Shown: in pieces, positions 1 through 12,752 of the stretch
Layout of the letters: each line of letters begins with the position of its first letter
Numbering within the stretch: the first letter of the stretch is position 1
Assembly: GCF_000002075.1 (NCBI RefSeq)
Contig: NW_004797412.1
Coordinates: 783,389-847,388, forward strand
Reading direction: 5' to 3'
Length of the DNA stretch: 64,000 bases
DNA from: Aplysia californica
Taxonomy: Eukaryota
Notes under the pieces: model-generated
What the model was told of the DNA's origin: nothing
Databases searched by the model: none
What the model saw: the letters and a program-made list of their open reading frames with translations, nothing else
Program-made: the position numbers and the translations under genes

Positions 1-66
1 TTGTGAGGGCCCAGGAATTTCCTCCCCTTCTTCTTTCATATCAGGTCTGGGCCTTTTCCTCGGCAT
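1..66 (-). CDS. Probable first coding exon of an unidentified gene running off the left edge (MPRKRPRPDMKEEGEEIPGPSQ...)
   Basis: On the minus strand, a TTTTTTTCCAG acceptor ends at 85, followed by ACC-ATG at 66 and an open frame to position 1. PRKRPR resembles a nuclear localisation signal. A candidate non-coding first exon lies at ~3447-3650 (donor AAG|GTAGGC; AAGATGGCGGC motif at ~3629-3639). Confidence 0.5.
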   Translation of the reverse strand, partial: MPRKRPRPDMKEEGEEIPGPSQ

Positions 67-1039
67 GGTCAAAGTAGATGTAATCTGGAAAAAAATTTGA
101 GTCAGTTTTTCAAAATAATGTCAATGAGTAATTGGTTTTATTATAACAATATTATATTATCATATATGACAATTGATAATTAACCCATGACTGTCCATCT
201 CAATTATAACTAACCATGATCTATCTTTGACTAACAAAATTTTGGTTTTATTTTACTCTCACGGTTTACTACTGGCCATGATATACACCCACTTTTAATT
301 CAAGAGCCCCTCTTCCTCCCCTCTGAAAATATGACAAATTTGAATTTGCTGTAAATTTTACACCAAGTCAATTTAATTGCATCATATTGTTGTCACAGGA
401 GAGGAATCACAATGACAACGGCAAAAAACACGATGAAGACGACATTATTAGCAGTTTGTTTATACATCTAACTTTACACAAATCAGCATCTGGTTAAAAT
501 TTCATTTTTGTGTGGCTTACAAAGGGTAGTCCAAGGTGACTGGGCAAGTCTTTGACTGATTTTGTGTTAATTTAGGGGGTTTTTTAAAACAAAAATAAGC
601 ACTTTTCTGCTACATCTACATGGATTGCTACTGATGTGTCTAAGTCCGGTAATACAACATCAAAATAAAGATCCATCTTTCTTCTTTCATAAAATAGTTT
701 TATTTTTTATGTGAACTTGTAAGTTAGTATACACACTGTTCTTGGTAAACAATCGAGATGACACAGGCTTACACTTACAGTGTATTTGAACGAATCGGTC
801 TTTTTTTTTTTTTACACTGCTCATAATATGAAGGTGCCAGCCAGGTGATCTGCTAATCTTCAATTTTACCTTTTTCTACAACAAAGAAAGTGGGAAATTT
901 GGGGGGGGGGGGGGGGGGGGGGGCGTATCAATGAGGCGGCGGGCATCGGATTGGCAAATAAGGTGTGGGGGAAACTAAAAAATGGCGGAAAATTGGAAGC
1001 ACTGAACGTTAGATCTATAGAACGAAGACACTTTCTTTT

Positions 1040-1350
1040 TTCCGGACCCGTGTCCGAATAACATTTTTTCACATTCGGACTCAAGTCGAATATTAATTTT
1101 TTAAATTCGGACTCAAGTCCGAATATGAAAAAATGTTATTCGGGGAAGGACTTCCGTAACGAGCGACCACCCCATCAAACACAATAAAGAAGAGGCCTAG
1201 ACCTAACCCTACCCCTAACTTAGTCTAACCCTACCCCTACCCCTAACCCTACCCTTACCCCCTCCCCAAGCCCTCAATTCTGCTCTGTCTCAGAGCGGTC
1301 GCTCGTTACGAAAGTCCTCCCTTATTCGGACTCGAGTCCGAATAATGACG
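1040..1350. mobile_element. Foldback/MITE-like element built from TTCGGACTC..GTCCGAA palindromes, interrupted by a nested element
   Basis: ATAACATTTTTTCACATTCGGAC and GTCCGAATATGAAAAAATGTTAT form an inverted pair. Perfect palindrome TTATTCGGACTCGAGTCCGAATAA at 1322-1345. Confidence 0.55.
1144..1321. mobile_element. MITE with telomere-like (CCCTAA/CCCCTA) core
   Basis: TIRs GGAAGGACTTCCGTAACGAGCGACC / GGTCGCTCGTTACGAAAGTCCTCCC, with an 8-bp flanking duplication TTATTCGG (1136-1143, 1322-1329). Confidence 0.75.
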
Positions 1351-1371
1351 GCTTATAAAAGCGGGATTCCT

Positions 1372-1467
1372 GGGAGTGTATACAGACCCGGTAACCGGGA
1401 ACGAAGTCACAAAGTATACAGACCCGGTAATGGAACTCTTTTATGATGTCGGAGAGTTTCAGCGCCC
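1372..1467. repeat. ~100-bp dispersed repeat with internal ACCGGGTCTGTATA direct repeats (other copies 2908-3003, 43961-44070)
   Basis: Three recognisably homologous copies. This one is inverted relative to the other two. Confidence 0.7.
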
Positions 1468-2334
1468 TCTTGGCTCAGAGTAGACCTAGGTTCTTCTAGA
1501 TCTATGGTCTAGATCTAGATCTAGGCAGACAGACTTAAATCTTTGATCTAGTTTCGCGGCTAGCCTAGATCTAAATGAAGATTGCGGATGTCTTTTTGAT
1601 GAACGATCGTTTTTCCTACGTTTTGGAGTTGGAGGAATCACAATTTGAAGAAAAGAACAAGCTACAATGTCATAATTTCAGTCGAGCANNNNNNNNNNNN
1701 NNNNNNNNNNNNNNNNNNNNNNNNNNNNNNNNNNNNNNNNNNNNNNNNNNNNNNNNNNNNNNNNNNNNNNNNNNNNNNNNNNNNNNNNNNNNNNNNNNNN
1801 NNNNNNNNNNNNNNNNNGTATTTTTTTACTTTCCCTCCCGTCTCACACTCAGCTACCAGTTATCTATTTTCTACTAAACACGAATATCAACTTCATTTCC
1901 GTCGCAATTTAATAGTTTTTGAAATATTTGATTGTTTTTAACCGAGATAGACATGCTTTGGACCAATCGGGGGGTTCCAGGGGGGCCTGCCCCACTGGCC
2001 CTCACTGGGGTGAAAGAAAATCTGGGGGGTTACAGGGGGGCATGCCCCCCCTGTTTATACCCATAATTTGATATTTTACAGTTAGATTTGAAATTGTCTT
2101 GAAAATAATTGATTTGCGATAGTTTTAGTGGCTTTATGTGTGATCTGCAGCAAACAGTACAGCAGTTTGACCCCTGAAACAGTGCATCTGTGTGCGGGAG
2201 TGAAAGTAAAAATTTACCGCCTTCTCTTTTTCTTTGTTTGTCTCTGTCTTCCTTTGTTCCCACCTATTTCCCACTCTATCTTTCTCTTGTTCCCTCCTGC
2301 CAACTGGGGCATGTCATATATACATTTTGCTAGC

Positions 2335-2821
2335 GGCCACCTCTATTCTCACCCGGAGTAAGAATAGTGCAGGCGAGTCTTGTGGCTATTCTCACCCGGT
2401 GCGCGTTCACCAAATTTTGCGTTCACCCTAAACCACAGAATTCTACACTGTGATAACAGAAAAATTGTAGAATTCTGTGCCGTGAACAAACGTTCCATTA
2501 CAACTGTAGCCTACTAAAAGCGTACAATTTTGTCTGTGGGCAGTGGAGAGAGAGAGAGAAAGAGAGAGAGGAGTAGCGCGAGAATTTCCGGGCAAAACAA
2601 AATGGCGACCCGCGTAGTTCGGCTCGATTCGAAAAGTTAAATAGCCGTAGCATCTTTGTAGACAACCAAATTAATTTACTTTTGTGTTTTAACATCATTT
2701 TTTAACTTTGTTTTGGTCAATTTGATCGTCCACACCGATAGACAGTATTCAGAAAGAGACAGAGAGAGAGAGAAGAGGGGAGGAGTTGATCTTGCGAGAA
2801 CTTCCGGCGGGTGAGAATAGC
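2335..2821. mobile_element. Non-autonomous DNA element with 9-bp TSD (Mutator-like), copy 1
   Basis: Near-identical to 44116-44610 and flanked by TTTGCTAGC (2326-2334, 2822-2830). Repeated CTATTCTCACCCG motif, inverted at the far end. Confidence 0.8.
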
Positions 2822-2843
2822 TTTGCTAGCACCCTCCTCTCTT

Positions 2844-2892
<49 letters not shown>

Positions 2893-3599
2893 ATTTCTAC
2901 CAGGTCTAGGGGCTGAAACTTCCCGAAATCACAAAAGAGTTCCCCTACCGGGTCTGTATACTTCGTGACTTTGTTCCCGGTTACCGGGTCTGTGTATACA
3001 CTTCGTATAAAAGCAAGACTAACTCGAACGCTCTCAATTAAGAAAAGGGATCACATCATATTCAATGAGACTCATCAGCATGATCAGCCAGTCAGACACT
3101 TGGACCTGAGTGAGAAGGAGACTGTCTCTAAGAGTAAGACAAGACAGGCACTCACATTTCACAACCACAACATGATCTACAGAGGCAGAGGCCTTAGCCT
3201 TTGCCTCACAGTCACAGCCTAAGGCCTAAGGTGATCTAGGACTGACACACACAATGTTGAAAGCACTGAAAAGATGTGGAGTCCTTTCAAGGTAGCAAAG
3301 TTAAAATTGTACTTATTATTAATTCTGATGATAGTTATAAGTTATGGGAATGAGAAAGATTATTTATCTCGATGCAAAAAGGCACATATTTATAAATAAT
3401 TGATGGTTATCTCCCTTACTGAAAAGAAAACAAAGAGACTGCCTACCTTCGCGTGTTCAAAGAATATGTTACCAGACTTTAAGCAGGCAGGTTACGATAT
3501 AGTTTCAGTTATATAAAAAGGCACTAAAAACTACCAGGTATGCTTGCACAAAGGTTGATCAAAGAACGTTTTCTCAAATGATAATTATTCACAGACAAG

Positions 3600-3970
3600 C
3601 GAAGCGTCGGTAAAGAACGGTCGAAAAAGCCGCCATCTTAGTATCATTTCACTCACGCTGAGTGAAGAAAAATACGTTTTTCGTAATGGTTTTCGCCGTT
3701 TAATTTAAATGCCTTTTCTACAAATTATTACAAAATGCATCATTTTATTCACTTCAAAATATCCAGTATTCTACATAATGTAATAAAAGAACATACGAAA
3801 ATAGATTTACTATATTCTTGGACTTATTTATGGGTTTGTTTCCGCCCAAATCACTTTCGCTTTCGTTATCCCGGTAGTCAACTTTTTGTAGGCTTGGACT
3901 TACAGGCTTCAGACCTTTACATGACTTCTTCCAGTACTGTGATGATGTGACTGGCACTTTATCCGCCGTC
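3600..3970. promoter_or_regulatory. Probable bidirectional promoter, unknown gene/SETMAR
   Basis: CpG-enriched stretch upstream of the SETMAR ATG, with a YY1-like GCCGCCATCTT pointing leftward. Confidence 0.4.
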
Positions 3971-6900
3971 ATGGATAAGGAAATTTATGATTTGTCTGGA
4001 GGTGTTGAAAATCAAGTTGTGCTGTTATGTAGGATCTCTAACAAACGCAGCTCTTCACACGAGTCAGTCAACAAACTCAGTTTCAATTGTTGGGATTTTG
4101 AGGTACTGATGGCTGATGGTCCGACAGCAGTAAATCAAATGAGCCTATTTAAGTTTAAGAAACGGAAGCGCCTCTCTAACAAGCGACTATCGCAACAAAC
4201 ACAATGTAGAAGGGACTTAATCCTAATGACTCTTCTACCACTACCCTACCCCAATCCCTAATCCTAACCCTCCACTCTGTTTCATGGTGACTATCATAGT
4301 GGTACTGTACTGTAGTGGTTTGATACCGAATTACTGAATTCCTCCCAAAGAAACCGAGAAAGGAATTTGTAGATCTACTGTGTTTAGATTTTGACTTTTT
4401 ATTTTATTTTTTTTCTCGTTGGTTGGGGGGGGGGGGAGGGGATTATTTTTACTTTCACTTTCCCTCTCGTCTCATGCCGAAGTATTTGTTATAGGCTAAA
4501 AGCACTTTTCGTGTATTCATTTTTCTATCCCGCCTCACCTACTAGATCTACCTACAGTAAAACTTTTGTCAACATCCCATATTGACCACAGGAGTACTAG
4601 AATATCGATAATAACTTAAAGTATTATGGTTTAAAGTTGGGTTAGGTACAATAATAATAGGGGAAGGATAGGGTTATATCCCAAACTTTTGATCTGTTCC
4701 AAATCATTGGCCTTTCACAGGCAAAGTTTGTTGTACCACCAGCCCCACTTTAAATCACCACCAGGTTTCACCTTGTTGCATGAAAAGGACTCCTACTTAA
4801 ACATATGAGCTAGATTACCATGATTAGACCAGAAATACAACACAAGAAATGTTGTTTCAGTCTGTCCAAGAATATTTGATTTTTCGAAAATTTAATTAAA
4901 ATATATATATGAAACATAGCGTGTATTTGGCTACACTGCTGACAAAAGAAGCTAATCGTTCGGTCAGTTTGTATAGTATGAGTAACATTCTTTAGGACCA
5001 TAAGTGTAATTGTAGAAAGTGTTTGTACTTACTAACTTTTTACTTTACTCTTTCATCCTCTGTTGCCGTTAAGCGTTGAGGGGTGATGCAGTTTTCTATG
5101 GTAGGCCAGCTTCGCAGCTCTTTCAGTTGTGATGTTGTTTTCATAGGGTTTCCTTGACACCCTGGATCCACCTTTTGCGTGGCCTTCCTCTTCCTTTATA
5201 GCCTTAGTGCTTGGTGTTGTAGGCTCTCGAGGCTGGCTGTTCAGGTGACATGCGTAACAAGTGGCCAAACCATTTTATCCTCTGTCTTTCTATGTAACAC
5301 AGGCAGGACTCAGTTCCGATAGCTGCTCTTACTTCTTCATTTCTCTACCTGTCTTGTCTTGTGATTGTAAGGGTTTTGCGGAGACATTTCATTTCGCATG
5401 AGGTGATTTTGCTTTCATGGGTTTTGCTTAAAGTCCAGGTCTGGCACTGATAACATAATGTTGGTATGAATATTGAGGTAATAAGCTGTCTCTTTGAGTC
5501 CATGGATATGTTTGGGTAAGATAGGAGGGGTGGGAGCTGGTAGGTGACAGCGTTGGCTTTTTGAGTTTGCATTTCTATTTCTCTTTCTATGGACCCGATT
5601 TCAGAAAAAGTGCTGCCAAGATGTTTAAACTCCTTCACCTGTTTCAGTTGTTTACTATTGACATGGATGGTCAGGGGACTATGGTTTCGGCTCTCTTTCA
5701 TAACTTCTGTTTTTGATGTGCTTATTTTCATGTTGAATTTCTCACAGCTGTTGTTGAGTTCGGTAGTGTGATTTTGGAGGCTTTGTTGGTCATGATGAAT
5801 AAGACATTGGTCATCTGCGAACAGAAATTCATTTAGGCTTTCTGGGCTTTGGTTTGTGTCTTACGTTATTGTGTCCATATTATAAACAGGAGGGGAGATA
5901 GAACGCATCCCTGTCGTACTCCAGATCTTATTTTGAACCAGTCTGTATTGCCTTCCTTCGTGTTTGTATCTATATAATAATATCCCTTTTGACTCTCCTT
6001 CCCCTACTCCCCCCCCCCAAAAAAAAAACAACCCACGCACAGATAAAACTAATATTCCAAACTTCTCATTATGAAATATCTAATGACAGCTTTTTGTGTA
6101 TTTTAAGTTTACTGAAACAGTCCCCTTAATAAAATAATATATTTCTTATTTTTAAAACTTTCAGTATATCAAGACAAACATTCCTGGTGCTGGCTGTGAA
6201 GCTGATCTGTTCTCAGAGCAATATGCCGGATGCTCATGTGAGGGGACTTGCAGTTCTCATTCCTGCTCATGTTTACAACGTTTTGGCAGCCCCTATACCA
6301 AGAATGGAAAAATTTGCATGAACAAGCAGAATAGTGAACTTTCCAAACCTGTTCTGGAATGTGGCAACAGTTGCAAGTGTGGAACAGATTGTCCAAGTCG
6401 GGTGGTTCAGAAAGGAGTTACCAGAAGTTTCTGTGTCTTTCCAACTGGGCAAAAAGGTTTTGGGTTGAAACTGCCTGAAGGTTTGTGTGATAATAAAATA
6501 CCAGCTTTCACTTTTGTTTGTGAATATGCCGGAGAAGTCATTGGACACCAAGAAGCAAAAAAGAGGGTGTTAGAGAATGAAAAGGGTAAAAAAGACAATT
6601 ACATCATCGCTTTACGAGAACATGTTGGGGCACAAGAAAAATGCACTTATTTCGATCCAAGTAAACTTGGCAATGCAGGTCGGTTCATAAATCATTCCTG
6701 TGATCCTAATCTCATCATGGTTCCTGTAAGAGTAAATCACTCAGTTCCAAGACTGGCTTTATTTGCCCGCAGAGACATCATGGCAGGGGAAGAATTCACG
6801 TTTGACTACAGTGGGAAGTCTACCTTCTTCTCTACTTCTTTGAAGGAAGCTACACTGAGTAACAGTACGGGGACTCACATTGGTTTAACTTTAAACGAGC

Positions 6901-7271
6901 CGAATGTTGATTCCAGGACTGTTGATGAACCACCTGTGAAGAAATCAAAATTGTGTTCTCCTTCAAGCCTTGAACCCGAAGATGTTGAAGATGTTTACAA
7001 CAACACAGAGGGGTCTGGTGTCGCAGCAGTAAGCCTTTCTGTACAAAAGCCTGGAGATCCTTCACCTTTGCTACACTGCAGTAGGACAGTGGAAGTTTCT
7101 GCTGTCCCTGGGTCGAGTTCAAATACCTGTTCTGAAGTGGACTCCCCCAAACAGGCAGATACTTTTGTTGACTCTGAAAACAGTGGTCATTTTAAGCTGT
7201 GCTTTTGTGGTAGTGAGAATTGTCAGAAATATTTGCCTTTTGATGAAAGACTTTTAAGTGATGAATATTAA
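3971..7271 (+). CDS. SETMAR: SETMAR-like histone-lysine N-methyltransferase (pre-SET/SET/post-SET, no mariner domain), 412 aa
   Basis: Exons 3971-4102 and 6165-7271, phase 0, GAG|gt...cag|TAT. Motifs: DLSGGVEN, pre-SET cysteines (GCSCEGTC..CSC, ECGNSCKC..C..RVVQKG), KGFGL, FVCEYAGEVI, GNAGRFINHSCDPN, FDY, post-SET CFCGSENCQKYLPFD. Confidence 0.9.
5028..5962 (-). mobile_element. 5'-truncated RTE-clade LINE fragment (degenerate RT and C-terminus) in the SETMAR intron
   Basis: Minus-strand translation gives GVRQGCVLSPLLFI, FLFADDQC, KISTSKTEVM, VKEFKHLGS, IPTLCYQCQTWTL, EMKCLRK, KWFGHLLRM. It has frameshifts and an AAGTA-like tail. Confidence 0.88.
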
Positions 7272-7664
7272 AAATATCATAGTGAATATTTTTTTATTGG
7301 TTTTATGTAGATGTAGTTGTAAAACTTTACCTATAAAACCAACACATACAAGAAGACACATAAAATATGTTCTCACACACACACATGCACACATGGCATG
7401 CATTTGCAAGCTGTAGACTTTTATTGAGTACAGTTGGGCATGGATAATTCAAACTCAGATATGCCGGGGATTAACACATCCATAATTTGGGTAAATCAAT
7501 CGTGTAAAGAAAAATAAAGAGACATTATCAGTCATGGAATGGCAAATTGTTCAAGCTATCTGTGATTTTGAGTTTTCATTGGGGGTTTTTTTGTGTGTGT
7601 GCTTGACTGTACTTTATCAAGTTTAGCACACACGCGCGCGCGCGCGCACACACACACACGTGCA

Positions 7665-7700
<36 letters not shown>

Positions 7701-8205
7701 TCTGGAATAGTACACAACTACATTGTACTTTGGTGATGAAGTCGTGAAGCCTGCTTGTGTGTGTGTTTATGTTTAAGTTTAAGTGTGTAATGTATGTTGT
7801 GCGTTTGAGTGTTTGTGTGCAAGCATAAAAAAGTATGCTTTTTAATTCCATTGTTCTCTGGGCCCCAATTAGGCCAATAAAAAAGCTGAGTGAGTGAAGC
7901 ATCAATCGTCTCTTTATCATTAGGGCCTAGTATGCAAAAACAAGTCACCTCTAAATAAAAATATTTCTACACCTTCACTCAAAAGTAGAACGATAGTCAT
8001 TGCAACCTCAATCGCAGTATACATCACCTGAGGTGTTTTCACATAAATCTGCTCTATTCTAAATGTTTCTCAAGGCATGCAAAGATACATGTACTTATTG
8101 ATAGATTGGATGACTAATGACTGAACATATGATGTACCAGTACATGTATTTTACACTTAAATTGCTTGTGGGTTTGTTCTTTTGTGTGTGTAAGAGCATG
8201 CTTGT

Positions 8206-8265
<60 letters not shown>

Positions 8266-11200
8266 ACATACCTGGGGACCAAATCCACACAATGAAATTG
8301 AAAACAGGGTTCTTCATTCAGCTGTGAATGAAGCTCAGAGAACTTAAAACTGTTGCAGTTCCTTTCTCTTGAATTGCTTTTGTCAACCTTCTGACCATGT
8401 CGTGTGGTAAAATTAGATTCTTCTTTCCTATGAAACATCTAACGTCCTTTTCTTCCCTTCTTCTTCTTTATGTTTGTTACTCTCTTGTAACACCTGTTTA
8501 ATCTTCTGGCGCTCATATGACCTTATGCAGTCGCGAGCGTCGTAAAAGCTCTACTAAAACTAAAACTAAAATTAGATTCTTCGTCTTGCATGCTAAAATC
8601 ATGTACATGTACAGTCAAACTTTGTTATTTATACTGCTAACCTTGGGACGAGCGTGAAGTTGGCGGTATATCTGGGCTGACATTATAACGGGGTCTTATT
8701 TAACCCTTCCAGCCCTAAGCGGGTATTCATGCATTTTCAGCAGCGCCTGTACCTCCCACCGTCCCAAGAGATTATATTCTCAGTTTCAGAGGGTCCTGAA
8801 TTTGAGCATTTTTCGAAATTAGCGAACCTAATTTATCTTTAATTTTCATATTTGTTCATTTACCTTTCAAAATTATTATATATGTTATTATCTAAACCTC
8901 ATTACATAGTATCTATACTACATCACTTTTTAGAATGCATGCCTCTTTTTCTGAAATACTGCTGTATTGGCTGGGACTAGGGTTAGAGAGTGCACAAAAC
9001 TGACTGGGGCAGGAAGGGCCTCCTTTTAGTATGCAACTGCCTAGAGTCTAGGGAAATGAGTCTGTCATAACACTAAGGACATTATTATAATGAGTTATAT
9101 CCCTTAGTCCAAAAGCCTTGAAGAGATGGCCGTCACTCACTCTCAGACTTCCTGCGTGTGATAATCGCTAGATCACAGAGTCATGTGTGGGGAAAAGGAG
9201 AGATTATCACGGTGTACGGGTACTGTCGTAGTGTGTAGTCCTCCTACACCCAGTGTCCAGTTCACTGGATTTTTTTTATGTAGGTGTTTTTACACCCCAT
9301 TGACACAAAGGAGGCTGTTTTCTAGAGCTGGGCGGCTAGGTTCCCGATTATTGAAAGCCAGGAACTCCGAACCCAATTACTTACTTTCTAAAGATGTGAT
9401 TTCTTCTTGTGGTTACCTGGTTGCCTCCCAACATCTTCAGGATTTAGGATAACCTTGATTTCGGAACACTACGAAGCATCAACTTTTATTTTTCAAAAAT
9501 AAATTCTATTTAAAAAAGAGAAGATTTTAATCATAAAGGTAACCATTGGTATACGTAAAAAGGAGTCGGAACTTTTCTTCCGCTGCATTAATCGTAAGAA
9601 TAGGGTTCCGGAATCGATTATTCGCTCAGCTTTACTGTTTTCCGACCCTGTCTTCCACTTCAGGGCCAACCTGGGCTCAGAGGGATACATGCCTACAGAA
9701 AGACAGTGATACTCATTAAAAATTCACCCCACTTGGAAATTGAACTAAGGTACAGTGAGGCGCCTAAATGCTACACACGCATATATACACCACAGATGCC
9801 AGTTCGCTGGGTTGCGGGGCAAATTACACATAAGATTTCTTCTGTGATGGAAATAAAATTGCCCATGACACCTCAAGAGCCCTCTCTGACTGACAGAAGC
9901 TGATGGGGGGGTTTTTTGTTTTGTTTTGTTTTTTAACTGTAAGTCCACTTTTGAAAGAACAATATGAGTAAATTAAAATAACAATACAGTTGACTAAGTT
10001 TCATTATAAGTTTATGATTCCCTGATAGTGGCAAAAGTCCACGGTCAGCCCAACACATTCATTTGATTCATTGAAATCATTGCCAAGCAGTGGCTGTTTC
10101 TTCAGTGGCTATTTTAACTTTAACCTTGGGTTCAATGGTGTTGGTAGTTGTTGGTAGTTGAAGGGAACAAGACAGATTTTGTTTTAGTAAGAGTTTTACG
10201 GCACTTGCAACACAGTAAAGTCATACAAGTGCCGAAGATTAGAGGAGTTACAAGAGAGTAACAAACACAAAAAAGAAGGAGAGATAAGGATTATAGATGA
10301 TAGGAAAGTAGGAGCAAACCACACCAGAGCACTCGCCAACAACCCACAACAAAACAGAAAACCTTTAGATCACCAAGAAAAACATTGAATTGAACAGTGT
10401 TAAATGAACACAAAACACAACTGCATGACAAGAGAAAAGGAAGGAAATTTTTTTCAAGTTGTAATTCTGCATAATATATGAAAAATAAATGAAAATAATG
10501 CATAAAAAAAGCTTTTGAGACTTCAAAAAGAAGAAAATAAATCAACATGTAACTGTCACCATGTTGTAGTACCCTCATGATTCCATCACAAAGTTTTCTT
10601 TAATTTAAGTGTCACAACGCAGTGGAATCAGGCGCTCGTCAATTTTGGGGCGTGAGGAGTATTGATATTATCTTAATTAAAACTTGTACATTTTTTTTCT
10701 TACGTACGATGAAAACAATACCCCTTTATCTTGAAAAGACGTATAATTTTTTTTTGCGTTTAAGGGGGGGTAGGGCTCGCCTGCTAGCAGAGGTAGTAGC
10801 CTATTAGCAAGAAAGTGGCCGCGTAAGTTTAGTTAAATTTCCTTAGCTTGACAGTCTATGGAAATTGAAAACGTGCATTTTTAGGGCCTTTAATCAACGT
10901 TTTTCAGTAAAATTCACACAGAAATGTTTTCTTTAAACTTTAATGGACATGAAAGGTGTTGAACTAAAAAAGAAAAATTCTAGAATCCCCAAATCAGCAG
11001 AAAAATGCCACTTTCTTCACTTTCCTTGTATTTGATGAGCACCTGATTTCACCAAGCTGCCTTATATATGGTCGCTTTTAAGGGGGTTTCCAAAAATCTT
11101 TACCAACACCAAAAGTGGGCATTGCGCTACCTATGGAGGAGTTTGGTTTCATTGGTGTGTAATTCGTTTGGTTATATAGAGAAAAATCTCCTTGTCTTTT

Positions 11201-12493
11201 TTTTATGAAACTGAACAAGGGGCAAAAACTTTACCTTCGATTTTCTCAAAACAATATTTTTCGGGATAGCCCACTTCTCCTTCAAAACGACCATATGTCA
11301 ATACTGTAACTGTAATGAACACTGATGTGAGTAAGTCATTTTATAATAGGTAGACAAAATTAATGTTTATCGTGAGATTAAAAATACTTTAAGTGTTCAC
11401 AGATCAAATCAAGGAGCAACTTATCAAGCACATAGATTAATAAAAGTACTGAAAGCCATTTAAACATCATATCGAAATTTGTTATGCATGGCAAACTTAA
11501 CAGGAATACAATGTAGCGGTACATTCAACAAAGAAGGGACTAATTGGAAAATAACAAAGTGGTAGCCTACAAATGAGAGAGAGAAAATCCTGACAAATGC
11601 TGACACTGACATCTCTAATAATCTAATAAGGATCTAATCAAAGGCGTGTGTTTGGGGGGGGGGAGAGACTTATGTAAATATAGTGCCAGAAAGGACAAAA
11701 GCATAAAGAGGAGAAGATGGGGCTTAAAAGACATGAAATGCAAAAGAACATTATACAAAGCACCAAACGGTTTCAACAATTTGGCGTCTAAATCTTGGGA
11801 AGTCGGAGAAAGATGACAAATTATATGCCAATGATAATTAGTGTGGAAAGGAGAAAGACTCAAGGAGCTGCAACTTCATGCAGTCAACCTCAATGTTAAA
11901 AATTAAAGAAGGCTAATACCCTAAATAAACAGGTAGGTCTAGTATAGTAATATGACTATGAGGACAACCCAGCGTCATTCTGAAAATAGTTTAGCTTTAA
12001 TACATCAAGGGGCACCATAATTATTAGATAAAGCACAAACAGAATCCAACAGTTTATTGCACAAAATAAAACGGGTATGTATCATCTTCATCTATCATGT
12101 ACAAGTATGGCCCATTTGAAAGAAAAAGAGGGAATGTCATAATTAATAATGCCAACAGTTCGAAAAAAATAAAAAAGAACTCAAATTTAATTGACATAGT
12201 TTTGCAAATTCTCTTTGACAAAATTATTGTGCTTCATTACAAAAAGCAAATAAGCCAGCATTCACTCATACATATGAATATATGATATGTTATCATTTAT
12301 TTTATTCAAGGCACTTTTTCAATAGAACTGAAGTCTGTACAAAGTAAGCCATCACCAACACAGCCAGCCATCATGATTGTCATTAGGAGGCTAGAACAGA
12401 ATTATGTACGTTGAAGTAAGGTCTGGATCGATAGCAACAACGTACGTTGGAAGTAAGGTAGAACAATTGATTAGTCATGGTTTTTCATCATTT

Positions 12494-12752
12494 AAAGTAA
12501 AGTTGTTCCCACATCCGATCCGGACATTGGAGATTGCGTTATTGTGAGACAACTTCCTGGGCCTTCAGCATAGTGTGGTAGGGTGGCCAGTTCCTTTCCA
12601 CACCGCCTTTACTTCCCCAACTCGAAGTCAGGTACCCATTATTGCTGGGTGGGCAGGAGGGGGCGAAAAAAATCTGTGTCCGAACCTAAGCTCGTACCCG
12701 GACTTTCCGCTTCGGAGACGAGCGCACTAACCGCTCCACCACCACACCCTCC
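12494..12752 (-). mobile_element. tRNA-derived SINE (family D) with a CORE-like block
   Basis: Minus strand has a tRNA-like head, CCCACCCAGCAATAATGGGTACCTGAC and an ACTTT tail. Homologous to 35652-35910. Confidence 0.8.

Noticed and set aside
2335-2821. Helentron/HINE interpretation of the 490-bp element (subterminal inverted repeat plus hairpin)
   Set aside because: Both copies have exact 9-bp target-site duplications, which rolling-circle elements do not make.
7272-9000. Mariner transposase exon expected for primate-type SETMAR
   Set aside because: The ORF stops after post-SET and no transposase motifs follow. The fusion is known only from anthropoid primates.
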